Assembly: GCA_973895155.1 (NCBI GenBank)
Contig: OZ316894.1
Span: forward strand, 12,378,828-12,442,827
Length of the DNA stretch: 64,000 bases
From: Marsupella aquatica
Lineage: Eukaryota; Plantae; Marchantiophyta
Direction: 5' to 3'
A model generated the notes under the pieces. The model worked only from the letters and a program-made list of their open reading frames with translations. It was not told the origin of the DNA and ran no database searches. Both the position numbers and the translations under genes were made by a program. Each line of letters starts with the position of its first letter. Within the stretch, counting starts at the first letter, position 1. Shown one piece after another: positions 24,915 to 38,172 of this stretch.

Positions 24915-25423
24915 GCGTTCACAAATAATAGGATTAGATTGAATCCTCATGTGTATGCCCAAGAAGGGCTCCTTGTACCCAGACTCTCTATGACCATTCT
25001 TATTCCTTGTCACAAAATAGTCTAAACAGCACCATTTTCTGTTACCAAAGAAATTAACCTTACAAGCTCTAAAGAATGGGTCATGAAGGCTAGACTTTGA
25101 TGGTGCCTAGATATCAAGTGTAGTATAGATTAGCCTGATTACCCTTTCTTGAATGTAAATAGAAATGAGGAGGGAAAACATAACCTTGCAAAGAAAAACT
25201 TTCCATGCTGTTTTATGTTCATTTTTGTCTCCATCCCTATTTTTTTCCCACTTTCAATTGCACCCTCGTTTTCAATTATGGCTTCCGTGAGTGTCAAAGT
25301 CTAGCAAAAAAAGAAGAAGGTCTAGAAGCTTCAATCTAGACAATAGGCCAGGAAATAGTTTTTGATTGTGCTTTATTAATTTAATAGAAAATACACTCGG
25401 GCCAGGGGGTAACTTCTGATTGC

Positions 25424-25601
25424 AGAGAGATATGCTTAGTAGACCCCCTTCTGGAAAAAGTTTGCTTAATCAACCCCCTCGATACTTTTCTCCAATCTGG
25501 ACCGTTGATGGACCTTTCAATCTCAGATCTGGATCGTTGATAGACCTCGGGGGTGATCAAGTAACAACTTTCATTTTGGGGGTTGATCAAGCAAATACCT
25601 C
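25424..25601. mobile_element. Mutator-like foldback MITE (~180 bp)
   Basis: Long imperfect inverted arms (TGCTTAATCAACCCCC vs GGGGGTTGATCAAGCA), a central ATCTGGACCGTTGAT motif, and a near-perfect 9-bp flanking duplication TCTGATTGC / TCTGATTGT. Confidence 0.55.
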
Positions 25602-27243
25602 TCTGATTGTGGTTTATTAGTTAAATAGGTGTTTAATTACATTGCCACCAAAGATATTCTAATTTATGACACTGCCATTGTTTTTATTGTATTTACTATA
25701 TGCCACTCTTTTCGTTTATGGTTAACCCAGGGGGCATTGGTAAACTTGTTGCCCATAATCAAAACCGTGACATATGCTTAAATAGAAAAAAAAATCTGAC
25801 ACTTGTTAATTGGAACATATTTAATACACTCTGGGGTTGCCCCACACAAAATCACAAGAAGCCAAAACCCCTAACCGGATCCATACGCTTTCTTTGGGCA
25901 AACATAAACGTAAAATGGGAGGAGAAGTTAGTGACAGATCTGTAGCTGAGCGAAAGCTCTTGTTAAACCACAGTATTCTAGTGACAGCAACTCTTGAGGA
26001 TTGGATACAATATCATACGGGTAGAGCGTCAAATGTGCAGGAACATGTCGAGCTGCGCGAGTTAATGCGCCGACAGCTTTTGCTGAAATTGTGAAGTGAA
26101 CTCGGTGTTCAATTAGAATAGTATTTACAAACCGGATGACTCTACGGGCGGGAGATTGGCGAATCCCCCAATCCTCCATAGGCCATAGCGCTGTCGTTGA
26201 GCAACACAATTATGGCGGCCGAAATTCCAGCAGGAGACACAGCGCGGGGAGGAAATTTGAACTCTAGGAAGCGACAATTAGACAAAATTTGACCAGCAGC
26301 TGAGCGCGCGGCGAAATCTTTTTGAAATGGAGGATGTCTTGCTGTCTACTTTCATAGTTTCATCTCTATCGAGAAATGAATAAAGATGGCTTTGAGTGCA
26401 ATTTACTGTGTATAAATCTCTAGCACCACATCCACGCGTTTGTGTATTGTTGTGTATTGTGAAGCGTTTGCAAGCCTGGGAGACCACGCAGCGTTTGTGT
26501 GAAGCCGATAGTGCATTGATCGAAGAGCGAATTGTTAGAGGAAGCTCATGTGCTTGGACATCAGTGCCAGATTGAGTGTCAGGCAGAGAGAACTAGCTTG
26601 GCCTTAGTTTTGACAGATTCAAGGGTCGTGGCTTTTACACGAACTCGGCGGATGCTTTTTTTCTTTCGTTGTATGTCTAAGATGCAATCCTAGCCACGTT
26701 CATTGCGACGCAACACGGGGAGGTTGTTCTCAGGACGGACGGCTGTACAGAATCAATTCAATTCAACCCAACCCAGCGGTTGAATTCAACCCCCTTTGAC
26801 AATTTGTAGAGAGTACTTATGGTGAGACGAACTACTACTTACTGGTGCACTACGTGAGAAAATTCAATTTGAGGTTTTCATGAATTTCGTTTCGATCCGC
26901 CAGCCCTGTAATAGTTCTGTAGTTGGCCCATTCTTCTGATAAGCTTCTTGTTCGGCCCAACTACAAATGTCTTTTACTCGGTCTGCGAACATTGCTCGCT
27001 CTGTAGGTACAGAATCGTGCCGTTTACATGCTGCACCATTAGTTACTTTGATATGGAAGATGGTGTCGTGTTCCACTAATGTATTAGTTGTGCAGGTTGT
27101 CTGCTTGCCGTTTGCGCCCACTAAGCATTAAACCTGTAGATCGACATAAGCCGTGTGTTTGAAGTTCGCGCGGTTGCGAGTCACAAAACTCACTCCATGC
27201 ATAGGTTTTTGTGGACAGGGAAAATACGCTGGCTAGCATTTCA

Positions 27244-28384
27244 ATGGGGCCTTTGTCTCCTCCCTTTGCGAGGGTCGGGGCTCCGAGGAATCGCGCTCTT
27301 TCACAAGGATGTGTGGAAGACATTCCATCAACGACAGTGGAGTCACTAGTGAACAAATGTCTGTTTGATTCGGACAAGGGGGCTCGAGTGTGGAAGAAAA
27401 GACGAACAGTAGCCTCTGATCCGGGGGTGAACTGCTTTGAGGATGCCACAGCTACGCTGCGATGCCAATTAGAGCAAGTTCGATTGGAACTAACGTTTTG
27501 GAATGAGCTTGCATTATCGAAGGACGAAGAGATCACAGATTTGAATGTGGAGCTAGAGGAAGTAAGGAGTGAGTTACAGCAGCTGGAAAATCTTAAATGC
27601 TTACAGTCCGAGAAGTGGAGAAAAGAGGCAAAGGTACTAGCCCCCGAATTGAAGGTGATGAACACGCAGATAGAAGCTTTGCGAACAAATTCTGAGGCCG
27701 AGAATTGGAGAGATGAAGCAACGAGACTAGCTAACCAATTGGACGTGAAGAGTAGGGAGATGGTAGCGTTGCGAGAAAGTGTCAATAGAGACAAATTACG
27801 TATGGAGGAAGCCTACAAACAGGGTATTGCCCTCTGATTGTTTCTTATCGACAATGTTCACGCCCCGTGATGGTACTTCGCATCCTGGGACCTTAATTAG
27901 TCTTGGGTGCTGACCGTCATAGTGATTTTGCCTTGTTCCAGAGTTCGAGGCATTGAGATTTAAGGCGAGGCGAGTGGTGGAGCTTCTGAAAGCTTCTTTC
28001 GAAAACCAGCGGACGGCATTAGCGAACGCGGAGTCAAAAGAAATCCAACTGGAAATGGTATTCTCGGAGGCACATGAAATCGATGTTCTGAAGATCTTTC
28101 TAAGAGTGTTTCTCTCGGAGATTTGGGTCGACTCTTACATGCCACTCTGCTGCGCTGTACACATTATTTTGCAGGTGGATATCTCAAGAGTGGGAGGATG
28201 TCAGCAGAATAAGGCATTGGCACCCCTCGTGGAGCCGCAGAGTAAGACGAGGAGAGCCTTTTTCGAAGCCATGGAGGGATATTTTGATACCGTCTTTAAG
28301 AGGAGAGAATTTTTGGAAGCTGTGGAGCAATATTATGATGCTAAGTTTAAAGCTACACGGATTGGAGAAGGTGGGCAAGACTAG
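27244..28384 (+). CDS. Uncharacterised coiled-coil protein, ~301 aa; exons 27244-27823, 27942-28057, 28175-28384
   Basis: Long E/K/L-rich heptad ORF (LRCQLEQVRLEL...LNVELEEVRSELQQLENL). GT-AG introns have compatible phases (1 and 0). The start codon is uncertain and no family was recognised. Confidence 0.65.
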
Positions 28385-30946
28385 GCATCGAACGTTACTC
28401 AAGACCCCTATTGGACTATCTAACAAGCCGTCGAGCAATAACTTGAAGCGAAGACGTAGACTTTAAGTACATCTGCAGGCCGAGTACAGTGAGACGCCCA
28501 GAAGTTGCCGAGAAGCCGAAAATTGTATAGGATTCGGGTGATGAGAAGTCATTATGATTGCATGTCTGTCACCCACCATTTTTGGTTTAGAGCAATTGTC
28601 AATCACAACAGCTACAAATATGTACTATGTTTTAGATAGCGTGGATGGAGGATCCGACAGATATTCTCCTCTCTAGTCTTCGTGCCCATGTTGGAGTTCT
28701 CTACTATACATGTCAATGGTGGGGAACCAGCTTTTGCAGTTTTTTTTGTTTTAGGGCCCGTTTTTGTCATCGTCATCACAGTTTTGTCAAGTAATTAAAG
28801 TTCGAAGATGACAGGGGTCTACGATATACGTCTGCGATCAATGGCACACATAGTGCCTTCCGTGAGAGCGTTGGCTCCAGTCACTTTAGGTCAATTTCAG
28901 AAATTATGCTAAAGAGCCTACCGTCGCTTGACCCACTTGACGAAGGCATGCTGTTTTTTCTTGACCGTAGTAAACGTGAGCGATTGATGCTAAATTGATG
29001 TCTTCTACTGTACCTGTCATCGGACCAAAGATGGCAAAGCAGTGAGGGCACTCGTTCATGCTCATCAACTGCGTTTTGTGTAATTTAGTACAGTACCTAG
29101 AATTATTCCGATGGATGTAGTGCATTCATTGTCAAAGTTCATACCGTGCTGAAACATTGTAATTGACCCATGTCTCATACTCGACCAATCTGTTCATATT
29201 GCCATGGAATCATCGTACCCAATGTCAGTGTTCATGAGTACGGTTTCATGAACAATTATAGCGATATCATTCATCACCATTCTAATCAAAATACCCAGAC
29301 AGGATAATTATGGTTGAGGCTCTTCCGCACAAGTCACTCTTACTGACATTTCATGCATACAATGCGGCATGGACCCACTCTATACTTCGCTTTAATATTG
29401 CAAAAAGGTTCCCCAAGAACGTTGCGGACATTTTCTGATTTCCTACATAATTTCCATTCGTACTCGTCCAGTTTTGTCACTATGATTTCAATATGACTTA
29501 CTGTCTTGCAAGTATGAGTTGTTGAAATTGTTCGTTCTGGACTACTCATGTACTAGGATTGTTTTTCAGAACTCTGTAAGCACCCACTTCCTACCAGTAA
29601 ACGAACAGTCAGGAGGATCACAGATTGTAACAGAGAGAAGTTTGGTTACCATGTCACTGACGAGGAGAAGCACTTTCACAGTGATGTGAGCCGCCGGAAA
29701 CTGAACTGAGAATCAAGACATTCATACGATCCAACTAACCAGCGGTGCAAGCCACAGTAATCATCATGGTCGTTACACTTTGGAAATGTACTTTGGTACC
29801 GTAGACCTTGCCCATATCGAATCAGTCTTTGAGCGTGAGCGTGACTGTCCATGCATAGGGAACCTACGATTGAAGCGACCGAGCGAGAGAGGTGTGGGCG
29901 TGAGTCGAGTAGAGCGTGATGGAGGTGAATCGGACGTGGAAGTTACGTACAGTAGGTTAGGCTGGAGAGACCGGGATGATTCTGAGTTTCCGAGGGATCT
30001 CTTGAAAACGAACCAGCTACGCGCATCGATGATAATAAGATATGAAGGCTGATCGATTGACGACCATAATATCGTTCCGGGACCTGAGTGGATCGGCGTC
30101 AGACCAGATCCAGAGCAAGTAGCCCGGTTTTCGTTCAAGGGCAGCTATTGTAAAGGCGAGCTCCGAGAAACAGCTTGTTAGTCGACCCTTTGTCAGGTAC
30201 TGATCCGAGAATCACATTGCCCCTTTACTATTCCGTCAGAAAAATGATTAGGATTGAAGATCTACAACTCTTATATGGAATACCAGGCTTTTTAATTAGT
30301 TTCTGGCAATGGCGAAGTACCTAGTCTGAGTTCGACCATCCGGTTAGTTCAGTGGAACTGTAGCACTGGGAACTTTGATTTTATCCCTATTTCTCGATCT
30401 GTAGCTGCGATCGGAGCGGACCTTTTTACTAAGATTCTGATAAGAAAGAACTTGACTCAATTCCTGGACGATCGATTAGTCTGTAGGAGCTATCCTGGCC
30501 GTGCTCTGAGCAACAGGCAGCAAGGACCTTGCATTATCAGGCTTTGGCCGAAGTTTAAATTGAGGCGCAGCTTTAGTAGTTTCGCTTCAAAATATATTGT
30601 TTCTTTAAATCTGCTCCCTTTGCTTGGCCGGACGGAATCATTCGTCCATCAATGCAGGTCGATCTAAGATATACAAGATACTGTTATATATCGTGTTGAT
30701 TGGGAAGAATTTGATGAGTTCAGCTTCAAGCATATGATTATGTCTGTATCAGACTTATCTTGCGCGGTCATTATTTGCCCCTGGCTACTTACTTTGTACT
30801 TGAACTGTGGACCCAGTAGCTGCTTACATCTGTACAGTTCTCGACCGAGAATCATGGGAGTCAGCTGCATACTTTCCGGGCCGGGAGGAAGAAATTTGAT
30901 TACTAATTCTGAGAACAGTGGTGCTAATGCGGAGACGAGATCACGA

Positions 30947-31816
30947 ATGCGCTGGGGAGAAAAGCTGCCTGTCACTATTATGATGATGATATCTTTGTGG
31001 GCATTTCAAGCTCGTGTAACTGAAGTGGCCGGGAAAGCTCTACCTTTCGCAGTCGCCACTCCACCTTCGAGTAACATGTTGACTCCAGCAGAAGGACCCG
31101 AAGTACCTGGGCCAACACCGATTGGCGAAGCTCCGAAAAACTCAGCTTCTCCTGAGCCGTCGGATCCTCCCACACAGTCAGCTTCTCCTCAGCAATCAAA
31201 TCCTCCAACGCAGGAGCAGCCAGCCGGACAGGTTGAGCAGTTTCAACAAGTCCTCTCCTCTCTGCGTGTCAACAACTACACAACTGGTGCTCAGTACATT
31301 GCAGACTATCTGTTTCTCCTGCCTCTGGGAACCACTCTTTTCGTGCCCACCAATGAAGCCTTCGACGCAGTGAAGAATAACGACGACGACGACGATGTAT
31401 CTCCGACTCCCGGACCTTTGCTGGCTTATCACGCCATTTTGCAGCAGTTCAGCTACCAACAAATCGCGCTGCTTCCAGTGGGGACCCGATTTGCAACGCT
31501 GATCGCCAACAACAACACGATTGAGATCACTAGCGTAGCTCCAGACTATCTACGAGTGGATGATGTCCGCGTGGTTCAGAGAGACATATGCAGTTCGGGT
31601 ACTTTGGCCTTGCAGATTTCATGTCATGGAGTCGATGGCATCTTGAACATGACCGAATGGGGGAGACCAAGCCACGCTCTAATTGTTCCTCCGAAGGCAC
31701 CTATTGACCCACCTGTATTCTCACCTGCTCCTGCACAGAAGCTTCCACCACCGGAAGCTCTTTCCCCTGCAATCGAGGGTGCACGCGCTTGCACGCCCAC
31801 CCCTGTCCCTGCCTGA
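30947..31816 (+). CDS. Fasciclin-like arabinogalactan protein (single FAS1 domain), single exon
   Basis: Signal-peptide-like N-terminus, Pro/Ser/Ala-rich AGP regions on both sides, FAS1 H1 TLFVPTNEAF, LLAYH motif and H2 CHGVDGIL. Confidence 0.85.
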   Translation: MRWGEKLPVTIMMMISLWAFQARVTEVAGKALPFAVATPPSSNMLTPAEGPEVPGPTPIGEAPKNSASPEPSDPPTQSASPQQSNPPTQEQPAGQVEQFQQVLSSLRVNNYTTGAQYIADYLFLLPLGTTLFVPTNEAFDAVKNNDDDDDVSPTPGPLLAYHAILQQFSYQQIALLPVGTRFATLIANNNTIEITSVAPDYLRVDDVRVVQRDICSSGTLALQISCHGVDGILNMTEWGRPSHALIVPPKAPIDPPVFSPAPAQKLPPPEALSPAIEGARACTPTPVPA

Positions 31817-33142
31817 TGTCCCTTCATCACCATTACATGAACGCTTGGTCGCTGTAGTGTGCACACAGAGAAGAGCGTTGCGTCCCAAAACTCATGTGAG
31901 TGCGGTAGTTCTCATATGCTAGATTATGATGTAATTTTTGGCAATGTAGTGGAGAATCCTTGATGAAGGTGGAACCAACTGGCTTGTGCTCATGCCACCT
32001 TCGTTTACTGCGCGAGACGTTCAAGGATAAGAGACGTACAAATTTTGTGAATAAATAATCCGTTTCCATGTACGCAAGCTTGAATACACCATGGACTTAG
32101 GAAACATCTTAGCTTCAATTCCCCAACTGGACTCACAAGTTTGAACACACGAGGTCTATATGAATGAGGAAAACCGAAAGGAAACGAAGAACCGTCATCA
32201 ATAGGGCACAACCCATCACTCGCGACGTCAACTTCTTTCTTTTAGCACGGAATGAAGAAGCCCGAAGGGTATAGATTAATCACAGACCGATGTCAACTTT
32301 AAACTCGTGATTAAATGTTTTGATTGGTGCAATGGACGCAGTGGCTCCTCAGTTGAACGGTGATTAGGCTGCGGTGATTGTTCGAGGGACTCGGATAAGA
32401 AAACTAAACTAAACTTTTCAAGTCAGCTTTTGTGCAGGGCTCGCTATCGAAACCGTAATCGTCCTTAATCTTGGAGTAGGCTTCGGATCATGTCACTAAT
32501 CGTGTATCAACCTCGAGAGGCATACGTTATTCAAGTGTCTCGAAAACCAGGCACTGCCGTATGAAATCTAGCTTACTCTAGAAACTGACATTTGTAAAAA
32601 TGAATATCACACCCCAAAAGATAAAGTCATAGAAAGGTCATAAATACGTTGAAAATTTAATCGCAAGGAACCCAAGAAAATGCAATCTGTTTGAGTTCAA
32701 CAATGCAATTCCCCCCTTTTGATCCACCATGTTTTATCGGTGCTGTAGACGGTGCCATTCACAGATGCTTATAGCTTTGGAAACAAAATCCCAGTTGTGA
32801 ATCACTCTTCTGGTATCGAGATTTGGCCAATCTAGTTGTTTTCGTAAAAATTATATGTTACTATGAAATTGCAAAGTCGTCATAGATGGTCCTCTTAATC
32901 ATGCTACAACGGTTGCAGCCACTACTAACCTAGTTTGGACTTGTCAGCCCTGCCCCTAGTGTCCAAGGTGACCGGTCCCCCTTTCATTACTTGCCAAACG
33001 GTAGACCTGGCAACAACAGTTGGTGACACTGAATCTGATGACAATGCGCTCGACCGTATACCTAGGCCGAAGGGATCTGTGAATCGTGAATGGGACCCGT
33101 GCCCAGAAGCGAAATTTGGTTGAGACAGGGCACGGACCACAT

Positions 33143-36042
33143 TCACGATTTTGACCTGCATTAATACAAAACCGATACATCAGGTCATGTCTCCAAAAAC
33201 CGAGAAAGACATTGCTAAGTTGTCCCGAAGGAGAAACATAATTAACGAACAATCTTCAAGATCGAGCGGAGAAAAACTATCAATGCCAGAGCACTGACCT
33301 CAAAGATTCGACCATCTTTTTGAGTTTGTCCTTGACAGCTCCTGCTAATTCACCAATTAGCTTGCCTTTCTTGTGGAAATGGAAAGTTGGCTGAATTATT
33401 GTTCCAGGGCAAAAAATTCAAAGTCAATTCAAGTTGGTTCTGTAGTTGAACGGATTACTAAGGAAAACGAGTTTGTGCAGAAGGTTAGATAGCACGCAAT
33501 TCAAACAAAACTAGTTACATTTAATATCCGTGAGCAATTCCAACATATGCATGGGAGGAGAAGCACTACTCAAGGTCATCGATCATTGATAAACTATAAT
33601 AGATGTCATGAAGAGAGGTTGTACCACTACGCCTATTTGTGAGTTCACCATTGTCTGCTCGACGTCCACCTGCAGACAAATCCATCATGGCTAAGAGAAA
33701 AGGAAGAGCCTAGGAGCAAGTGGCTAAGTTCCAACTGAGGCTAATACATTTCAACCTTAGCCAAATTCCTTCACTGTTTGGCTGTATGCTAGCACTAAAC
33801 AACCTCAGATACTCTTCGTCATGATCCAGAAAGCTATGTAGGCAGACCCCATTTTTCCTTTCGATGAAAAAAACAGCTTTCTGATTTCCACAGCCTTATT
33901 TTGCAAATATAAATTTCTGAACAATCGCAACGGCTTACCCTCAGTCGTAATCCGGATTGAATCAACTTGGACACGCTAGGGCCATTACAGGAAAAATGCT
34001 TGGGCTATACCTTATCAACATCAATCTTTAAAAATGAAACATCGTCGAACTGCTGACTCAGTTGGTCTATGTATGGAGCTATTTGTTTGCCTGCCCAATC
34101 AAACCAACCACATTAGACACTCTGCCCTGCCTGCTAATCTGATATCTTGAATGGTTGTAAGGTTGACAACATGGATCTTCATGTTGGCCACCAATATTAC
34201 ATCAATAAGACAAAATGAAGTACATCTAAGAACATATGAAACACGAATGCTCCTTGATACTTGGACATTGCATTGAATCTACGCACAACATTCTACAAAG
34301 TTTCTGACGAGGCAGATAAGAAGCAATCCAACTTAACACCATCGGACCGGAGCACTGACTCTCAGGAACTTACAAGGACCACACCACTGCGCCGTAAAAT
34401 AGACAACTGCGAGGTTGTCTTTACCTGCCAAGTGTGCCAAAAGTGAGAAATTTGAACGACACTTGATATATCGGACACAAATTTAAGTCGGAAAGAGGTT
34501 TGGGCTCAGGTTTTAGGGTTTGGTATTTAGGATTTAGGATTTAGAATCAGGGTCTAGGCACGCTACTCAGGCTGCCAAAAATTTGTTTGAGAGGGACCCC
34601 CTTCGTGGACATGAGCACTTTTAAAGTAGTAACGGTACTGAGGTTTTCGCTCAGGGGAACTACGAGACAATCCCCGGTGGGCCATCATAAATCAATGCCC
34701 CAGTTAATGCACAAGACAGAAGGGAGGAATCTTCCGATCACACAAAGGATACATTGGTGAGTCCTGTGAGCCATCTACACACGGATATCTGGATGACTTC
34801 CACGCAAAAATGAACTGCGATAAAAAAAACTCCTGTTTGGACTACTTGTCAGATAAGAAGGAGCTCGAGTACCCAACTCAGTATCTTGCTTACGATTCTC
34901 CAGGGCCAAAATCTCTAATGTAGTAGAAGCACTGGGCCCCATAGTTCTAATCACATCAAAAAGTACAGTTTAGTGGCTCCATAGGACATCAGTAGCTCTT
35001 AGTCCTTAGAATTCATGACTCTCAGATTCACAGAGTCGTGAATCCATCTCCCTCTGTACTTGTCTTATCCTTCCAGCTGTGTGGAAAAATGTTGCTCTAA
35101 GCCTAGAGCGTAACCTCACTAAAACAAAACAGCAGGCAATTGTACTCTGAAGTATCTGTGCAACTGCTCCATGGCACTCTAAGATCCTTTGGAAAAACAG
35201 AGTCAAAAAAGGACTGACCTTCGAGATCTTTCATGATTCCGGCATAATGAGCATCATCCTTGACAAGTATTACTTTCGAAGGTGATTCAGCTGCTGTATT
35301 CCAATTAATGACACAAAAGAAGTCAGGCACCTTGGGAATCAGTGTTAGACAGAAAAAAAACAAACATCACGCTTACATTAACCATGTATCCCTGTTCATC
35401 ACCGCACAATCTAAATTCGCAGCTAAATTCCTTACTAGCTGCATCACAAGTGGAGACTTTCAAGAACTTATAGCTCTTAAGACAGTGATCAATTCACACT
35501 TCTGCCATTTCGAGAAGGTAGCTAGGCAGACAGCAAAATTGTCCTGTTTTTCATCATTTCAATACATCAAATTCATCATACTTTCTTGACCCCGACATCA
35601 TTCCCGCATGTTTGCTTCTTTGAAGTTCTGATGTAAGAACGCATTTTCCCTGTCCAATTCGGTCTTCCTGCAGTACCAACAGCGGGACAGGATCTCATCT
35701 CATCTGATTGCCTACTAGTCAGGAAATGGGTGTCGAGCTGCGCCACCGGTCGATTGAGTACAACTGACCTGCTGCGTCTGCAGAGAAGAGCCGAGAAGGA
35801 GTGGGAGTGGAGGTGGAAAAAGAGGACGATGACGACAAAGATCGTGGGCAATGAACAGAAAGCGCGGATCGGATGAAGCTTTGGCCTGGGAGGGTCTGAT
35901 TGTCATCGCGAAGACAGCGGCCCAGTACCGAAGAGTAAGACGAAGATGACGACGAAGGAGAAGGCCTCTCGAATCGTCTGGAGACGCGACTGGTACTGCG
36001 AAGGGCTCGGAAGGCCGCTGAGGTAGCTCCTCGAGAAGCCAT
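33143..36042 (-). CDS. Mitochondrial thioredoxin, o-type, ~208 aa; exons 36042-35769, 35290-35219, 34424-34374, 34090-34011, 33669-33625, 33390-33299, 33155-33143
   Basis: Ser/Arg-rich presequence, then VVYFTAQWCGP|CKQIAP (WCGPC split by an intron), FLKIDVD and VPTFHF. Many short exons as in plant Trx-o, with consistent splice phases. The last mini-exon is tentative; read-through would stop at 33280. Confidence 0.88.
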
Positions 36043-36799
36043 GGGTCGAGCGAGCGATCGGTGTCGAGAGGAACCAATTCGTTAGATCTCCCCTTGGCTC
36101 CGTTTCGATACAAGTATGCTTCCAGGGGTTTTGAGGTGGTTTATGAACCTTTTAGTCTCTTTCAGTTCTTCCCTTTCTTTCTTTCTCTCTTCTTCCACTC
36201 CCCCTCAACTGGCCTTGGTTAGTTAGCCTTAGTTAGCCAGGGGATTAGCCTCCAACCAAGAGGTGGGGTGTAGTGGTGTGAGGTGGGGTGTAGTGGTGTG
36301 AGTGCTGGTTTATCCTTGGCAGTTTTGGGGCCTTGGTCCAACCCTCTTTCCTTCCTGGTATGGGTCCCTGTGGGGTATTGTCTCCCATTGTGGGCTACCC
36401 CAGAGTAATCCATGTTCCAAAGTAGAACATTTATCCAATGTTGGATGGGTCTCCCTCTCTCCTTCCTGGTATGGGTCCCTGTCCGATCCCTGGGTATTGT
36501 TACTTTTTGTGGGCTCCTGCACAGGGGAGCATGCTCCAAAGTAGAACTTCTATTCTCTGTTAGATGGGTTTGCTTTTGGTTTCAAAGCCAAAAAAAGGGG
36601 GGCAAACTGGAGTGAAAGCAAAAGAGGACAAGAGGACAAACACCAAGCTCAGTAGAAGTGAGCAAAAGTACAACCCAAAAACCTGGAAAGGGGAGAATTT
36701 AGAGGTCCCAGGTTTTGTTTGAAGTTTTGTTTCATAGAGTCTACCGAGTTTTCCCTTTCTTGTGAGGTTTTTATTTCTGTCTTCTTTCATCTTCCGTGC

Positions 36800-37850
36800 C
36801 TTTCAGCGGGCAACATCTTTGGGACGGTTTGAGCATTTGCAAGGTTGTTTATCCCCTCACGACTCCATCAGGGTTTTCTCATTTGTTCCAGGGCTATGCT
36901 CATGTTGCAAGGGGTTGTATTCCTCAACAGTTGCTCGGCTCTTGGGGACTTTCCAGCTTTTGGCCATGGCCAAGGAAGCTAGGGACGATGGGCCTCTGGT
37001 TATTTGGGAAATTCTGCATTGGTTTTAGTCATTGTGCTTGCCTGCAGCCATGGGCCCCGTTTGCATCACACTTTTTCCCTCACCAGTGGTGCATGCCCTA
37101 TGTTCTATCATGGACATTCATTCCTACCAGGCAATTATGCATGGACAATGCATTCAGCTCTCTTCCTAGGGCTTTGGGATGCTAGGGGGAGATTGTTACT
37201 CTTATCCCATTTGCTTGTGCCTTTTATGGGACTCCAACCCGTTTGTTCAACCCTGACCGTCTCAGTTTTTGGTCCTACACAACCATTTTGTTTGAGACTT
37301 GAGCTCGGCAGGGCGATCCTCTTGGACCTACACTGTTTGCTATGGCTCATCTTTGGGAAATCTGGGCCTCCTTGGCTGCTTTCCCACGTTTCTTGTTCAC
37401 ATCAATTGCTAGGGATACCCACATTGTTGGACCACTTTTGGTCATGTGGAATGCTTATGTCCTCTTACTTGACCAGCTTGCCCTCCTTGGTTTGTCAGTT
37501 TAGCCGAGGAAGTGTGGGGGTCTGGTTCCCTTGTCCACTACCACTCTTTTGCCCCCCCCCCACCCCCTGCCCACCTGACTCAATATTCCCATTTGGACTG
37601 AGGACATCAGAATTGGAAGATCAGCCCTTGTGGGTCTGCCTTTGAACAGGAACTTTTGGACGCAACACTATCCCGGGTGGTTTTACATATTATCCAGTTG
37701 GTTGGTCCAGATTGCCTTCATAAGTGCTTCATCTGGCTGCCACCCTCTTTCCCACCCTATGTTTTTGTCCTTGCTCTCCACATTTGATACTAGTGCAATG
37801 AGGGTTTTTGGTCACCTTATCAGACCAGGAACCTTCAATGGAGAGGATAT
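36800..37850 (+). mobile_element. highly degenerate non-LTR (LINE-like) remnant
   Basis: Broken Trp-rich frames (VIWEILHW, HLWEIWAS, LLVMWNAY) resemble the 3' part of plant L1 ORF2. An imperfect ~120-bp direct repeat precedes it at about 36340-36550. No intact RT motif was seen. Confidence 0.35.
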
Positions 37851-37851
37851 T

Positions 37852-38172
37852 TGTTGAGCATAGACGACATTCGCAACGGTAAGCCCATGAACCATCCAAC
37901 GCACAATAGTCGACACAGAGAGATACGTGGTTCACCTCCACACGAGGCTACGTCCACGGGAACACACAAGAGCTTTACTGCACTTTAGGCCGACCGGCCA
38001 TACCAAGCATCCACAGCACAAGCTCTCCCTATCTCTCAACTAGCTCCGTAACAATGAGCCTAAGTTCCACCAGGGTCTGGCATCAGCCCTAGCTTTATGC
38101 ACAACAGCACTACCGCTAACATTACCTAAGTCCTAACCCGAGTTAGACTAACTATGGTTAGCTCATGAGTCA
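37852..38172 (-). repeat. LTR-like dispersed repeat, copy C
   Basis: GAACACACAAGAG..CACAAGCTCTCCCTAT..TAACAATGAGCCTAAGTTCC..ACTAACTATGGTTA is shared with copies A and E. Confidence 0.55.

Noticed and set aside
25113-25127. ATCAAGTGTAGTAT resembling the U2 snRNA branch-pairing region
   Set aside because: The flanks do not match U2 and no snRNA promoter elements are nearby.
34505-34545. Telomere-like TTTAGG(G/A) runs (also near 3120, 54735 and 57625)
   Set aside because: Only 2-5 degenerate units each. Such telo-box-like motifs are common and are not evidence of a telomere or fusion site.
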